A stretch of DNA of 64,000 nt from Eledone cirrhosa (GCA_964016885.1 OZ024740.1:100812001-100876000), one strand, 5' to 3'; shown: positions 33,186 to 55,344, numbered from the stretch's first letter. The notes: generated from the letters alone by a model not told the origin. A program made the numbers and translations.

Positions 33186-34219
33186 GTATAATAAACAATA
33201 CAATATTATTACCTCATTACCAGAGGTTTCCCGAATAAGACGAATACAAGAACGTCCTCATTCGTTCGTGGGTCAAGGCAATTTAAAACATAGTGAAATA
33301 TTTAAAATCTCCTCAAGAAAGGCAAAAGTTTAACGGGCAAAAAAATATATGAATAAAATAATGCAAGAGATATATAAAAGATAAAATAAGGAAATATAGT
33401 TATGGTATGTGTATAAATGTGTGTATATTCATTCACAAATGTACATATGTGTGTATGTATAAATGCATGTGTATAGTGAAAAAATGTGTGCGTAAGTACA
33501 TATATGAGGGAAAGCATATCAATGTATGTTTGACCATAAATACCTATATAATATATGTTGAAAAAGAAATTGTAAGATAATAGAGTTAACGTACATCCCG
33601 ACTCAGGTACTAAGGATTGAAATATATACACATACAAGTATGAAAGCACCCGTATAAATGTGACTTTTTAGTCCAGCCAGCGACTTGAAAACTCTGGTAC
33701 AAAGACTACACTTGTGACCATTATTGACACATAGTGCATCATATTGACCATGTGATGACAAGTGCAGAGAGATCTCCAAATATAAAGCAATGCCTGTGCT
33801 GTGAAGCTTTTATAGTGAGCAAAGGCACTGCACAAAGCCAGTCCCACTCTCTTAACCAAGATGATATTTACCAAAAAGAAGAACAAGTCAACATCATTGG
33901 ATACCATCAGGGTTGCAGGTGTTATATCAGAGTTTTCCTTCTCCTAGAATTCTGCCTTGACAAAGGCTAAGGGGTCATCTCTCCCGGTGATTTTGGATGG
34001 CTATTGAGTCTTAAGAGCTCCCTTGCCCTTTGACAGGTTTTGTTTTTAGTCCTGCAGGATGTCCAAAGTCACCCTCCTCACCAAGAAACCTGGGTGGGGT
34101 TGCCAGTTTAGTCGCCAACGACCCGACCATGAGACAGGTTGTACTGGGATACATGTTACCAGTAGCACCAACTGGTGACCTGACATAATATATATATATA
34201 CACATATACATACACACAT

Positions 34220-34288
<69 letters not shown>

Positions 34289-35556
34289 CATATATACACA
34301 CACACACACACACATATATATAAGTATGTAAAAAACATAGATATAAATACACACATATACACACACATGCATTCGTATACATATACAAACACGCATACAC
34401 ACACTTGCACGCTCACACGCATAGATACAATATAAAAACCAGCCGTATGAATAAATGAGTACAAATTATACGCAAGTAAACATACATAAAAGCGGCTGAG
34501 AAACAACAGAATATATCTGGAGTTGAAAACGCAAGTGACATGTGATATCAGGTAGTGAAAGAAAATGGGGAAGTAAAATATGTAAAATTGTGAAGATATA
34601 AAGTAAGTGAATCAAAAATAGGGGGGGGGGGGGGCTGGTGGATGTGAAGTAAAAATAAAGTTAAAAATAAAAATAAAAGTAAATCAGAAAGAGAAGTCTG
34701 TAAAGAGGGTAATTTAAGGAAAGTGAAGAACAAGAGTTTATGGAGGATAAGTATCTGAAAGTGAGTTAAGTTTATATGAGCTGGAAAGCAAGTGTGATTT
34801 CATGTGTGGGCAACTGGTGAAAATTTCTGTTTTTGCATTTAGGCAGGTTTTTTGTGATTTAAGGTTCTGTAAAATCCAATATTTTTCACTTATGCAGAGT
34901 GGGCATCTTCTTGTTCCTCTTGCATATTCTTTAGATTGGTTCACAATTGACCAATCTAATTTATATTGGATACTTTGGTCTTTCAAATCACATATTCTGC
35001 TAGCCAGAGCTGTTGTAAATCTTTTTTCAGAATGTCGGAAAGATCCGATATGTGAGTAATAACGCGTTTTGAATTTGTCTTGTGTCATACCCACATATTG
35101 TTCGCTGGTGGCTGGTAGGTTATTGCTGGTGATTGTCACTTTAGCTGCATATACAATGGCTTTGGTGTTACATTTACCTTGTAATGGGCATTCACATTTA
35201 ACTTGATATGCTTGCCATCATATATGTACTAACGCACACATTTTTTCACTATACACATTTGTACATTTGTACATTTGTACATTTGAACATTTGTACATAT
35301 GTACATTTGTGAGTGAATATTTACATACCCTAACTATATTTCCTTATTTCATTTTTATATATCTCTTAAATTACTTTTATTTATATATTTATTTGCCCGT
35401 TAAACTGTTGCCTTTCTTGAGGAGATTTTTCAAATATTTCACTATGTTCTAAATTGCCTTGTCCGACGAACGAATGAGGACGTTTCTTGTATTCGTCTTA
35501 TTCGGGAAATCTCTGGTAATTAGGTAATTATATTGTATTGTTTATTATACATTATA
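33181..35556 (-). mobile_element. 5'-truncated PLE (Hydra-like) with inverted terminal arms (33181-~33520 and ~35205-35556)
   Basis: GIY-YIG ORF 34738-35195 (CPLQGKC..IVYAAKV..YVGMT..CPLCISEK); degenerate hammerheads at 35456-35525(+) and about 33210-33280(-). Confidence 0.85.
33650..34185 (-). mobile_element. RTE LINE 5' end (5' UTR plus decayed APE endonuclease start) inserted in the PLE 3' UTR
   Basis: 5' UTR motif ggcgactaaactggcaacccc and broken FFW..G(T)GF-type endonuclease codons. Confidence 0.55.
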
Positions 35557-35559
35557 TAT

Positions 35560-35735
35560 ATTGGCAGTATCGGTAGGGGGTTGGACGCCATGCTTTCTAG
35601 CATAGTTACGTCCCTTTACAGTCTGTGTTCAAATCCCACCGAGGTTAACTTTGCCTTTCATCCTTACGGGGTCGATAAAATAAAGTACCAGTAATGTACT
35701 GGATAATTGGCTGGCATTGTGCCTAAAGTAGAATC

Positions 35736-35740
<5 letters not shown>
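35560..35740 (+). mobile_element. SINE family 1 copy
   Basis: Match to 535-720. Confidence 0.85.
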
Positions 35741-35771
<31 letters not shown>

Positions 35772-36084
35772 ATACTTTGGGAGGGTCATGTTGCCAATAA
35801 AAAAGACACGCACCAGTTGCTTTCACTTCAATTTATTATAATAAATTTATAAATTTAGGAATTTATAAATTTCCGGTTGGTTTGTTGGTTCCACAACCAG
35901 ATGATTGTTCATATATTGTGAAAGTTCTTTCGTCACACATTCTGTGACCTGTTCAGTGACTGGGGATTCTTTTCTTTGTTTTTGTGCCTCTCCTTTGTTC
36001 TGTCCTACGCCATCTTGTTTTTGTGTGTGTTGTGTTAACACAACACACACAAAAACAAGATGGCGTAGGACAGAACAAGGACCA

Positions 36085-36739
36085 GGACCTTAGACACCCT
36101 AAAGTAAATCAACCAAAACTAAAAGCTCTTCCATACATCTCCACACACAACCCCCTCAACAATGAGGCCTTTGACACCATCCTCCAGAACATCCCTGTAT
36201 TGAAAAAGGACCATAGAATGAACCAAATTCTACGAACACACGATATCATAAAGAGCAAAAGACAATCCAAGTCAATGAAAAACATCTTAACACATGCCAA
36301 AGTACTGCCAACCACAACAACGAAACCCACAGTAAAAAAATGCGATAGACCCAACTGTGGCATTTGCATCAACCTAATAGAGGGTTCGGAATTCTATTTC
36401 AAAGATGGACAACGTTTTATAGTAAAACACAATTTCACATGTGCATCGGAAAATCTAATATATGTATTAACTTGTTCAGGTTGTCGAGAACAATACATAG
36501 GCCAGACCAAAAACAGCCTCCGCCAACGCATGACTGTCCATAGATCCCAAATTAAAATACGGGAATACAGGAAAATACCACTGAGTGAACACATTGATAC
36601 CTGTGCCGCCCAAAATCATCCCAACTTCAGAATCTTTCCCCTCTACAAATTTAAAGATAATGCCACCCACACCCAGCGCATCAGCAAGGAATCTTACTTC
36701 ATTAACAAATACGGACCCCGTCTAAACACTTCTCCCTAA
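36085..36739 (+). pseudogene. 5'-truncated PLE ORF (Neptune-like linker plus GIY-YIG endonuclease)
   Basis: LPYISTHNP..CDRPNCGIC..FTCASENLIYVLTCSGCREQYIGQT..LRQRMTVH..ESYFI..LN. Confidence 0.9.
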
Positions 36740-37244
36740 GACGAACCCACAACATACACACGTCAACATACATACCTACATCAGCACACATCTCTACCCA
36801 CATATAAACACAATGACACACGTAAACACACATGCTCTATGGTGCAATACAAAAAAATATATGTGCATATATATGTATGTATATATGTATATATATATAT
36901 ATATATATATGTAGTGAATATATGTATGTGTATATATATATAGTGAATATCATTTCACACCTTTTATTGTTAAGATTTTTGATGTTCTATTAAGAGAACC
37001 GATTTTACTGAAAAAATCGAATAATGTACACCATTTTACCAGGGGGAAAAAAATACTGGTCCACCCACACACACACAGACATATATATACACAAACACAT
37101 ACACACGCGTACATCAACATACAAAGAGACTTATACACACACACACACACGCACTTCTCCGTATAAGACAAAAGCTGAAAAATATCTTTTGACATGCTAA
37201 AATTGCTTTCAGACACATTCTTACTGACCATCGAATTACTCTGC

Positions 37245-37348
<104 letters not shown>

Positions 37349-37422
37349 CACTTATCTTAATAGCCATTTGACACACATCGCTGCTGGCCATTGTCGCAGC
37401 ATCGAACACCTTACTACTAATA

Positions 37423-37551
<129 letters not shown>

Positions 37552-38223
37552 TATTTGTTGTGAAAGAGTCATTTCTCAATCTTGGCGCAAAACCAATTTT
37601 TTATCCACATGACCTCTACCGACCAATCAAAATTGTTTTGACCAAGAATTTTTGCTGGAGCCACTTTTTTAACATAAAAACAGTCTTGGCGCAAAATCAA
37701 CTTTTTACATTCACATGACCTCTACCGACCAATCAAAATTGTTTTGACCACAAGCATTTTTGCAACACAAAAATAACGCTGGAGCCACTTTTTTAACATA
37801 AAAACAGGTAGAATTCCCAAAACTAATCAGATCAGAGCAAACAGCACGGACACTCTATCTCAAAATTATTTTTGAAAAGCATTTAGAAATGCGCAACCGG
37901 TAAAAACTTAAAAAGTTAAAACCACACCTGAATACTAACCCATACAATCAATAATACTCTTTTATTCCTAATTAAACCATTTTTCAACTGTGAACAATTT
38001 GTCAGCATTTTCTATTCCGTTTACCAATATATATATATATATATATATAATGTATACACATACATACACACATATGTGAGTGAATATGCACACATTTATA
38101 CACATACCCTAACTATATTTCCTTATTATATTTTTATATATCTCTTGCATTACTTTTATTTATATATTTATTTGCCCGTTATATTCATACAGAATAGACC
38201 CCACAGCTTTCAGTATATACCTC

Positions 38224-38279
<56 letters not shown>

Positions 38280-38376
38280 GTAATTCCATCGGAAAAGTCC
38301 AGGAAAAAAGAGTGCTCTATGTAAGCAACAGAACTTAATTATTATTATTATGTAATAAACAACATAAGGCAATTAT

Positions 38377-38434
38377 TCCATTTACCAGTGGTTTCTTAAA
38401 AGCAAAAGGTTTTGCTTTCAATCCTCAGAATGAA
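38377..38434 (-). ncRNA. Type I hammerhead; paralogue 39795-39852(-) has a GUG triplet
   Basis: Minus strand: ttcatt-CTGAGGA-ttgaaagcaaaa(cc)ttttgcttttaa-GAAA-ccactgg-TA-aatgga. Confidence 0.82.
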
Positions 38435-38634
38435 AAATCCTGGTTTGTTTATTGAATATGGATTCTAAAAACAAAAATGCAATCTATATGAAAGTGAGGC
38501 TGGAAAAGGGAGAAGGAAAGGAAAAATAAAATAAAATAAAACTACACATGCAAACACACACAAAAAAACACAAAAGCATACTTACACACACACATATATA
38601 CACATATAATTTGCACGCATACACATATACACAT

Positions 38635-38674
<40 letters not shown>

Positions 38675-38748
38675 AGCGTACACCTACACACACATACACA
38701 TATATACACACATATACACATACATATATTCATACATACACACACACT

Positions 38749-38784
<36 letters not shown>

Positions 38785-38818
38785 TACACACACACATATA
38801 TATACACATGTACATATC

Positions 38819-38866
<48 letters not shown>

Positions 38867-39296
38867 CATATACACATATATACACATATACATACACACA
38901 CACACACACACACATGTGTGTGTACAAGCCTACACATACACACACACATATATATACACACACATATATACATACATTCACACAAACATACAACGTACAT
39001 ACACATACATGAATGCACTCCACTACATATTAACACACGCAAATAAATATAAGAAAAAAATATATAAATAATATTAACAAATATGCCCCAGCTAACAGGA
39101 CAGACACGCGTGGTAAGTAATACACACATAAGCACATATACATACGTTCGAAATAGTAAACACATACACACACTCTCACACATAAATATACATATACAAA
39201 TACATAAACACGTACATACACATACATACGCAAACACGTACACGTATACAATATAAACACACACATGTATATGTAATTATATACACACACACACAC

Positions 39297-39343
<47 letters not shown>

Positions 39344-39926
39344 CAAAAATATAAAAATATAAACGCACACACACATATAAATACGTAAACACACATATAC
39401 ATACATAGCTAAACAATTATACACATGCAAATACGTATATATCAAAAGAACGCACAACCAAATACAAACACACACACATATATACACACACACACACCCA
39501 CACACAAACCCACACATACATAAAAATAAATAAAAACACACGCAACATATACATACATACACATACATATACATATATACATATATACATATACATATAT
39601 ATATATACACATATATATATATAAATATATATATATACATATACACACATACACGCATACATACACACATGCATACACATACACACACACATATACATGT
39701 GTGTATGTGTAAAGCTCAGTATTAGATAAGACAAATGAACCTTACATAAACGTATATATAGTAGTAAAGTAATAAAGCCATACAAGGCAATTAATCCATT
39801 CACCAGAGGTTTCTTAAAAGCAAAAAAAGTTTCCTTCAATCTTCAGAATGAAAAAAAGCCCTGGTTTATCCACATATACATACATATACACACACAAATA
39901 TACAAATATATACACACATACAGACA

Positions 39927-40017
<91 letters not shown>

Positions 40018-40312
40018 AGACATATATACATACACACATATACACATACATACATATACATACATACATACACATATATATATACATACACAAACATATA
40101 CGTACACATATACATATATACACACAAAAATACATACACATACACATAGGTATGTGAAGGGCAAAACAAAAAGAATATATGGGGGGGGGGGCTAAGAGGA
40201 GGTAAAAATATAAGGGGAGGTAAGGGAGAAAAAAAATTTTTAAATACAAGAGTACAGAAGGTAGAAGCAGCAAAATAAAAGCCGTAACAAAAGTAAAGAG
40301 CAGAGAAGGAGT

Positions 40313-41750
<1,438 letters not shown>

Positions 41751-41964
41751 ATATATGTATATATATATATATGTTTATGCAGAGGTTATATTTAACTTGC
41801 TGGAATTTAACAGGCTTAAATTTTTTATAACTGATATAAAGCACTCAACAGTAATTTGGAGTAAATACACAATATATTAATAAATGGAAATTATATATAT
41901 AATACGATATTTATTTTATTATATAAAAGGCAACCGTAAAGGTTGGAGCTTCCAGAAGAATTAG

Positions 41965-43461
<1,497 letters not shown>

Positions 43462-43471
43462 AACCAGTAAG

Positions 43472-43565
43472 ACCCCGACAGCTGAGCTCAAGCCGTTTCG
43501 ACGGCTAATTCTGGACTAAATGAAAATTTATCCTGGTATTTAAATAGCCGATCTTCTCAAGGGGT
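43472..43565 (-). ncRNA. Type I hammerhead, U3-A8 core variant, at the 3' end of the PLE 43458-45640
   Basis: Minus strand: acccc-TTGAGAA-ga(t)cggcta..tagccgtc-GAAA-cggct..agctg-TC-ggggt. Confidence 0.78.
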
Positions 43566-44690
43566 AATTCCATATATGGTCAAAGTGATTGTCAAAAATC
43601 AGTAGTAATTCTGTGGTTGCAAATTAGTAGGGGAGATGGTGGCTAAACCTGCCAGTAGGAGAAAGAGGGGCGGGGGTGGAGTAGACCCAATCAAGCGTTG
43701 GTAGTGCCAGCTACAGCTGGGCATGAGGTCAAAGAAGATACAGGGGAGGGGGAGGGGGAGGAAGTCGGAACGGTAGGTAGAACAATGGGGGGTAGAAGGG
43801 GTAGAAATATATAGGAAAGAAAAAATACTGAGAGTGAAGAAAAGCAAATAAGTGTAAAGAAAAAAGTAAAGTAAATTAAATTCTACGACCTAGGTCTCAG
43901 GCTATTGTTAGGCTAGAATAAAATAAAGAAAGAAAGAAAGAAGTAAAGAAAAGAAAAAAATAAATAAAGAAATAACGAAATAAGTAAAAGAACTAGGTGG
44001 GACGAAATAGGCAAGGACCCTTTTAAGAGGTATAAGTACGTAAATGATACGGTGACGGGTCAACAAAAGGGGCCAAAATACTAAAGAGACTACCACGAAA
44101 TAAACAATAAAGGTTTCCAACCTGGGCCAGCAACGACCCAGTGCAGCAAAGTGAACTTGTACGAGATAATAATTCTGAGTCCCGAGAAAAATATATACTA
44201 ATGCTAACTCTAAAAGATCTAAAACAAGCTACATGAAAGTTCGTACGAAATAAAGGTAGAATACGGAGAAATAAATTCAGAATCCACCCCGCCCAGAAGA
44301 AAAGCGGAGCAAGAAAAACTGAAACGAAAAAATAAGGCATAAGTGCCACTAAGAAATATAGAGGGCACAGAGAATAGTGGGAGCGGTCGGAAAAAGGGGG
44401 CAAGTATCCGGGGTCTAAGCCAACTGCTATAAAGGGCGGAGTCCGCCAAATCTATCATAGACTAGGGGAGGGGTGGTGGGGGTACTAAGGCTACATGGGG
44501 CCAAAGGGCAGCCTCGGGTGGGCGAGAAAAGACGCCGACAAAGGAGAAGAGCTGGGGTAGAAGGACTAAGGAGAGAGGGGGGAAGGAAATAAAGGAAGCG
44601 ATAAAAGAATACAAAGAAGATCTTACGTCTTCCTTGGCAAGCAGGGGTTACCCATTGCAAAATCGGCAAGTGGGGTGTTATAGCCCTAGT

Positions 44691-45640
44691 CTACCCCCCC
44701 GGGTCATTATGGGGTTTGAGGGCGAGGTAAGTCCTACGCAATCTATGTTTACATGCAGTAACCAGTTCATCTTTCTTGTTTAGGAGTTGGTCCGTCGAAA
44801 ACAGCATTTGTAAAGTTTCCTCCGAGCATAAATTGCACGGACGGCGTCCTCCCGTGTAAGAATTGGCTCTGGACAGTAATCTCCAAGTGAGATCATAGGT
44901 GATGTTGTTGTCCTTGAGGTCCCATATGTGGCCCGAAAGTGTAGTGGCGTGACGCCGGGCCGGGTTACGGAAGGTATGTCTATGTTGGTATAGCCGGGTC
45001 TTGAAGTCACATGCGGTAAGTCCTATATAGGCTTTGTTGGAGGTATCCGTCCTCACGTTGCACTGGTAGATCACATTACGGTCTCTGCATCTATTGTCGA
45101 GTGGGCAAATAGATCTATCCGGGCAGTTACACCTCCTGGTCGGTTCTCCACTGCTATTTAGGTTATTTCTGCCATCGGGGTTGAGTTTTTTGTTGTTAGA
45201 GGAGACGATGTTTTGTGCGAAGTTTGGTGTAGTGCTGTAAGAGAGTTTGATGGTATTTTTGTTAATTATGTTGTGGTAGCGGTGTTGTAATGGGAAGTGT
45301 TTTTCAATGAGCCTAAAGAATAGTTTCCCGATGGGAGTTGTCACCTCTGCGTTGTGGGGAGGATTGAACCATGTTACATTGCGTGAGCGGCGGTGTCTCC
45401 TGCTGGTTCCGCTAATGGGAGCTGGACAGTAGGATATTTCCTCCCGGAAACCACTCCGCTTGAGGGCCTGGTTGTAATAAGGCGCATGTTCATCGAATAT
45501 CCGCTCATTAGCTGACAAACGGGATATGCGGAGGGAGATGTTTTTGACCAGGTTGTTTGTGATGTTCCTAGGATGGTTTGATCGGCGGTGGATGTAGTGC
45601 AGATTGTCATTAGGTTTCCTGTATGGGTAGTACAGGTCGT
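44691..45640 (-). pseudogene. 5'-truncated PLE ORF (Hydra-like thumb plus GIY-YIG), with ~1.2-kb 3' UTR to 43458
   Basis: [58 protein letters not shown]. Confidence 0.9.
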
Positions 45641-45663
45641 TTTATATATATATATATACACAC

Positions 45664-45731
<68 letters not shown>

Positions 45732-45928
45732 GTGTGTATAATGGTAGCTATGCTGCTTCCATAGGCGGTATGCCAAAATTAGCACTATATATATATATAT
45801 GTAATCTGAGTTTTTCGAATATTAATAACATTCGATTCGTTTGTAATTATACAAACAAGCCTCAATTTTATAACCATGTCAGTAGAATGAACCCTTCATT
45901 ACTGTTCTTGTGTTGGCATGTGAACAGA

Positions 45929-45974
45929 ACTGCAGACACTAATGTTTCTGGGTATCAGCCTTCATCAGTACAGC
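45929..45974 (-). ncRNA. Type I hammerhead forming the loop of fold-back 45733-46036
   Basis: Minus strand: gctgta-CTGATGA-a-gg..cc-a-GAAA-cattagtg-TC-tgcagt; flanked by ~58-bp inverted arms 45870-45928 and 45977-46036. Confidence 0.75.
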
Positions 45975-46049
45975 TAACTGTTCACATGCCAACACAACAG
46001 CAAGAATGAAGGGTTCGTTCTACTGACATGGCTATACCGTATGTTTAAT

Positions 46050-47040
46050 TCGGCAAAGGCGAATGATGATCACCAACAGTGTGAAACAGATTCTGTTAGC
46101 TTCTCTCCCTTCTTTTGCCAAAAAAAGGAAGTAAGTGACATAGTCACTACTTTAAAAATGATAGCGCAAGGTCTTCAAAATGTTTTTAATTAAACATACG
46201 GTATATTGCCAAATATACTATACATACATTCATGTATACATCGCTATTTCAGAGTACCAATCCTAACACCTAAACTTTGCTGCACCAGCAATTGCTCTGT
46301 ATAATCAGCTCCTGATTATTACTGGAATTCTATAAAAATCCAGCTTCTATGATTTTCGGCAAAGGCGGGAGTACCAACAGTGTGAAACAGACTCTGTTAG
46401 CTTCTCTTCTTTCTTTTGTCGAAAAAAGGTTTAAGTGGCATAGTCACTACTTTAAAAATGATAGCAAGGTCTTCAAAATCTAAAATATAATAAAGGAAGG
46501 TCTGCGGGATTGCGTACGGTTTATTATTTTTTTTATCCCGTTTGTAAAGTAAGTTGGATTACTTTGAATAAATAATGAATGAATATTACATAATTTATCT
46601 ACTAAATTTCGTGGCTGTTGATTAAAGATATTTTGTTTATTTAAAGATTCACTTCTTTAAAATTTCTGAAATGTCAACACTTCCGGTTGGCCCTCGCTTA
46701 AATAAACATACTAATTTTCTCCTAATGCAGTTCATATATAATATCGTCTTTTTTAAGGTATCATGGATTATGTTATTGATTAAATAAGACAGGGTAACGC
46801 AGTCTTCGTTCAATTTTTATGTATTATATATTGTCAATTACGATTTTATTTAATGTATCATATCTACATGTATATATACCTGCGTATAATATCAATATAC
46901 ACACTATACATTCTTGCAGAAAACCACCCGAAGGGTAGGGTGTGTTTTCTGCTAGTGGTTTTAATTAAACATACGTATATTGCCAGATATACTATACATA
47001 CATTCATGTATACATCGCTATTTCAGAGCACCAATCCTAA
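46050..47040 (+). mobile_element. ~305-nt tandem unit x ~1.7 with degenerate hammerhead (46058-46100), second unit split by a Helitron
   Basis: Repeat at 46050 and 46355; resumes at 46956; ATGATGA-t-cac..gtg-t-GAAA-cag(att)ctg-TT. Confidence 0.65.
46479..46955 (+). mobile_element. Non-autonomous Helitron, 477 bp
   Basis: 5'-TC...CTAG-3' ends, subterminal hairpin, inserted between A and T with no TSD; the empty site gtcttcaaaa|tgtttttaattaaac is visible in the first tandem unit (about 46171-46195). Confidence 0.8.
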
Positions 47041-47055
47041 TATATATATATATTT

Positions 47056-47370
47056 ATCATCATCATCATCATCGTTTTACGGCCATTCTTCCGCACTAGC
47101 ATGGGTTAGATGTGTTGTCCTGTTGTGGGCAGTGCCCGGTCGGCTGACCATGTCTTGCTCATATGGGAACTGATTCTGGCTTGCTTTCTACAGCTCGATT
47201 CCCTTCCTTACACCAACCTCATTTACAGTGAGTGCTTTTTTTTCCATGCCGCCTACACAACCACTTTACAGGGTTGGGTGTATTTTTGCCGTGTCACCTC
47301 CATGAGCACTTTGCAGTGAGAGGAGGTCGGGGCATATTGTCTATATGCTTCAGCTTCGGCTTATATCTGT
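47056..47370 (-). mobile_element. RTE LINE 3' UTR fragment
   Basis: Reverse complement of 30250-30553. Confidence 0.8.
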
Positions 47371-47372
47371 GA

Positions 47373-51697
<4,325 letters not shown>

Positions 51698-52794
51698 ATA
51701 TACATTATGTCAACACCATAACATGCTAACCCTCCAAACAGAAACATACACATAACCCCTGCTACTTTAGAAAATAAAAACCCGAACTAAATAAACCTTA
51801 ACATACGTTTGCGCTGACAATACAACAGAACAAATACGAATAAGTAAGGAAAATATGTTCATTCAAAAATATTCCTACTAAAGGAATCATTTTCCTACAC
51901 ACACACCCAATATATATATATATTCTCTTCATCTCAACATGCTAACCATACTCCCACACACACACATAACAACCCCCACCCCACACAGACAACTCCCTCC
52001 CCCATTTCTACTAATAGAATCACTTTCCTACACACATATATACACACACACAATATATATATATTCTCACCATCTTAACATACTCCCACACACACACACA
52101 CACAACTCCCTCCCCCATTTCTACTAATAGAATCATCTTCCAATACATACACACACACAAGCACACAAATAAACATACATATCTTTACTTTCTTTATTTC
52201 AATAGAAAATCTGAATTCTGACACCCCAGCGAACTAACCATATTCACTGAACCAGAACAATTCTCCCATCCCATTTCTTTTGACCATTATCTTTTGCTTG
52301 TCATAAAATTCTCTAAAAAGGCTACAGAATAGATTTCCAAATAAGGGCGCGAAATTTAATGAAAACTTGTTCACGTGAAAACCATAATTTAATTTATAAC
52401 CAATCAAATTACATTTATTTAAAAAAAGCTTTCGTGAGCCCCCTTTTTTTAAGTAAAAAGAAATTCAAACACTCATATATGAAAAAGCAACCTGAGCCCC
52501 CCCCCCCCTGTTTGAAGAACTTTGTAACGCGAACTTGCGCGAAATTTATTATAATTATTGAACAACCATTCAAATTACTTCTCTAAAGACCTGGCTTTAA
52601 GAGCAACTTTTTTCCATATAAAACAAGTAAAATTCAAAGACCAACCAGATGTGAGAAAAACCACAGACCCGCAATCTCAACTCTACTTTTGAAAAGCAGA
52701 AGAAATGCGAAACCGGTAAAGGAACCAAATAAATATATATATTTAAAAAAAATATAAGACTCCAGTTGCATTTTCGATTTCATCTTTTTTTCTT

Positions 52795-52839
<45 letters not shown>

Positions 52840-53053
52840 AAAAAAAATATATATATATTGATTAGTTCTATCGTTACTTTGGTAAATATTGTGTGTTAGA
52901 TTCGCCTACCACAATGTTCGATTTGTCAAGCTATTTAAACGTATGTTATTACTCTAAAGCCTTACCTTATCGAGTGCTTTGCTAACTCATCATTTCATAT
53001 AAGTAGGCCGAATTTACTTGCAAACCGCCAGAGATTCGATTTTACTAATTTCC

Positions 53054-53112
<59 letters not shown>

Positions 53113-53115
53113 ATT

Positions 53116-53325
<210 letters not shown>

Positions 53326-53333
53326 ATATATAC

Positions 53334-53650
53334 AATCGAAAGGTTGTGAGTTCAATTCTCTGACCGGGTGATGTGTTGTTTCCTTGAGAAAGACACTTTA
53401 TTTCACATTGCTCCAGTTTACACAGCTGTAGTAAAGTGGTCGTGGAGGTGCCACGACAAAAAAAGCACCCATCCCACACTGCAAAGTGGACGTGTAGGCG
53501 CCACGGAAAAAAGCACCCAGCACTCACTGTAAATGAGGTTGATGTTAGGAAAGGCATCCAGCTGTAGAAATCAAGCCAGAATCAGTTCCCGTCCCACCTT
53601 TGCAAGCAGGGAAAAGCGGACGTAAAATGAAATGACGAAAAATGAAATGA
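53334..53650 (+). mobile_element. SINE family 2, 5'-truncated variant
   Basis: Match to 16253-16550. Confidence 0.85.
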
Positions 53651-53678
53651 AGTATATGTATATATAAATATATGCATA

Positions 53679-53709
<31 letters not shown>

Positions 53710-54067
53710 GCGTGTGTGCATATATTTGTATATATGTATCATCATCATTTTACGTCCACTTTTCTCTGCATGCAACTTACCATTCATCGCAGTCCTTCGT
53801 CATCTCCTCCATATATAGATAGATATACTAGCAGAATGTGAATCTAAACATAGATTGGCATGTTTATCCCTCGTTTCTGAAACAGTACAGAGAAGTACGG
53901 AATACCTCGGCCTAGGGATGGTGTCTACATTTTGTGCTTATAAAAAAATTCGTCGTAGATTACCGGGGTTTTTTTCCGTGCAAAGAAAATCAATGCTTTA
54001 TCGCGAAATAAATACTTTTGTTTATATTTTGTTATTATGTATGAAAAATTATCTGTACATGAATATA

Positions 54068-54108
<41 letters not shown>

Positions 54109-54187
54109 CTACCACTATACACAAATATATACTATGGTCCTCCACAAGTAAAGCGTTTATGGAAGCACCATAGCTACCACTATACAC

Positions 54188-54252
<65 letters not shown>

Positions 54253-54559
54253 TAACAGATTAAAGTTTAAGCAAAGAATCGATGCTTTCAAACTTAACGG
54301 GATCTTCTGAAACTAAAATATCAATTTGTGAACGCAGAAGTAAATATTTCGAAAAACGTTACACACTATATATATATATACACACACACTATATATACAT
54401 ATATACACACACACACATACACACACATATTGCGTCATAATGTCGTAATGCAGACAGCCAGACATACAGACAGATATTATAAAGGCACAATGTTATATCT
54501 ATGTATCGTTCTAAAAAGAAAAACTAAGAATTATAAAGAGAGATCGCTAAATCGCCTAA

Positions 54560-54712
54560 TGCGGTCCCTAGCGCATTGAAAATTCGTAATTTTCTTTGCT
54601 CAAAACACTCATAGGACCATAAGTATTACATGTGTAAAGTTTGAAAACAATCGGTTGGGTGGTTCTCGAGTTTTAGGGAGTCAGACAGACAGACATTCTA
54701 TGTTTTAGATAT
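54560..54712 (-). mobile_element. Probable non-autonomous Helitron 5' region
   Basis: aagtttgaaaacaatcggttgggtggttctcgag..cagacagacagac layout recalls animal non-autonomous Helitrons; ends not resolved. Confidence 0.4.
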
Positions 54713-54723
54713 ATACATATATG

Positions 54724-54755
<32 letters not shown>

Positions 54756-54778
54756 TATATGTATATATATATATGTAT

Positions 54779-54895
<117 letters not shown>

Positions 54896-54934
54896 TATAG
54901 ATATTTAATTATTTATTTATATATATATATGTGT

Positions 54935-55215
54935 GTATGGTGTGGGTAAAATTCCCGAGATCCCTGGATGAGATCTCTGCAGTGGTCTCTGTCCCTCATT
55001 ATCGCTGCCATGTCCTACGTCTCCAAGAGACCAGTGTCTGTCCTTAGGGCATCAACATATGCCAACCTCGGTTTTCCTCTTCCAGTGTGTTCATGCAGAG
55101 GCGCCCACAAGAGTACTGAATGCAATATCTACTCTGGATGTCGGCGAGCATGTCCAGCTAACCTCAGTCTCCTCTGTGCTACTCTCGAGCAGACTTTTGG
55201 GAGGCTCCCGTACAG
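54935..55215 (-). mobile_element. Old RTE LINE 3' remnant
   Basis: Minus strand gives RRLRLAGHARRH..RGKPRLAYVDALRTDTGL. Confidence 0.65.
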
Positions 55216-55271
55216 TGTATATATATATATATCATCCTTTAACGTCCATCTTCCAGACTTGCATATATATA

Positions 55272-55344
<73 letters not shown>

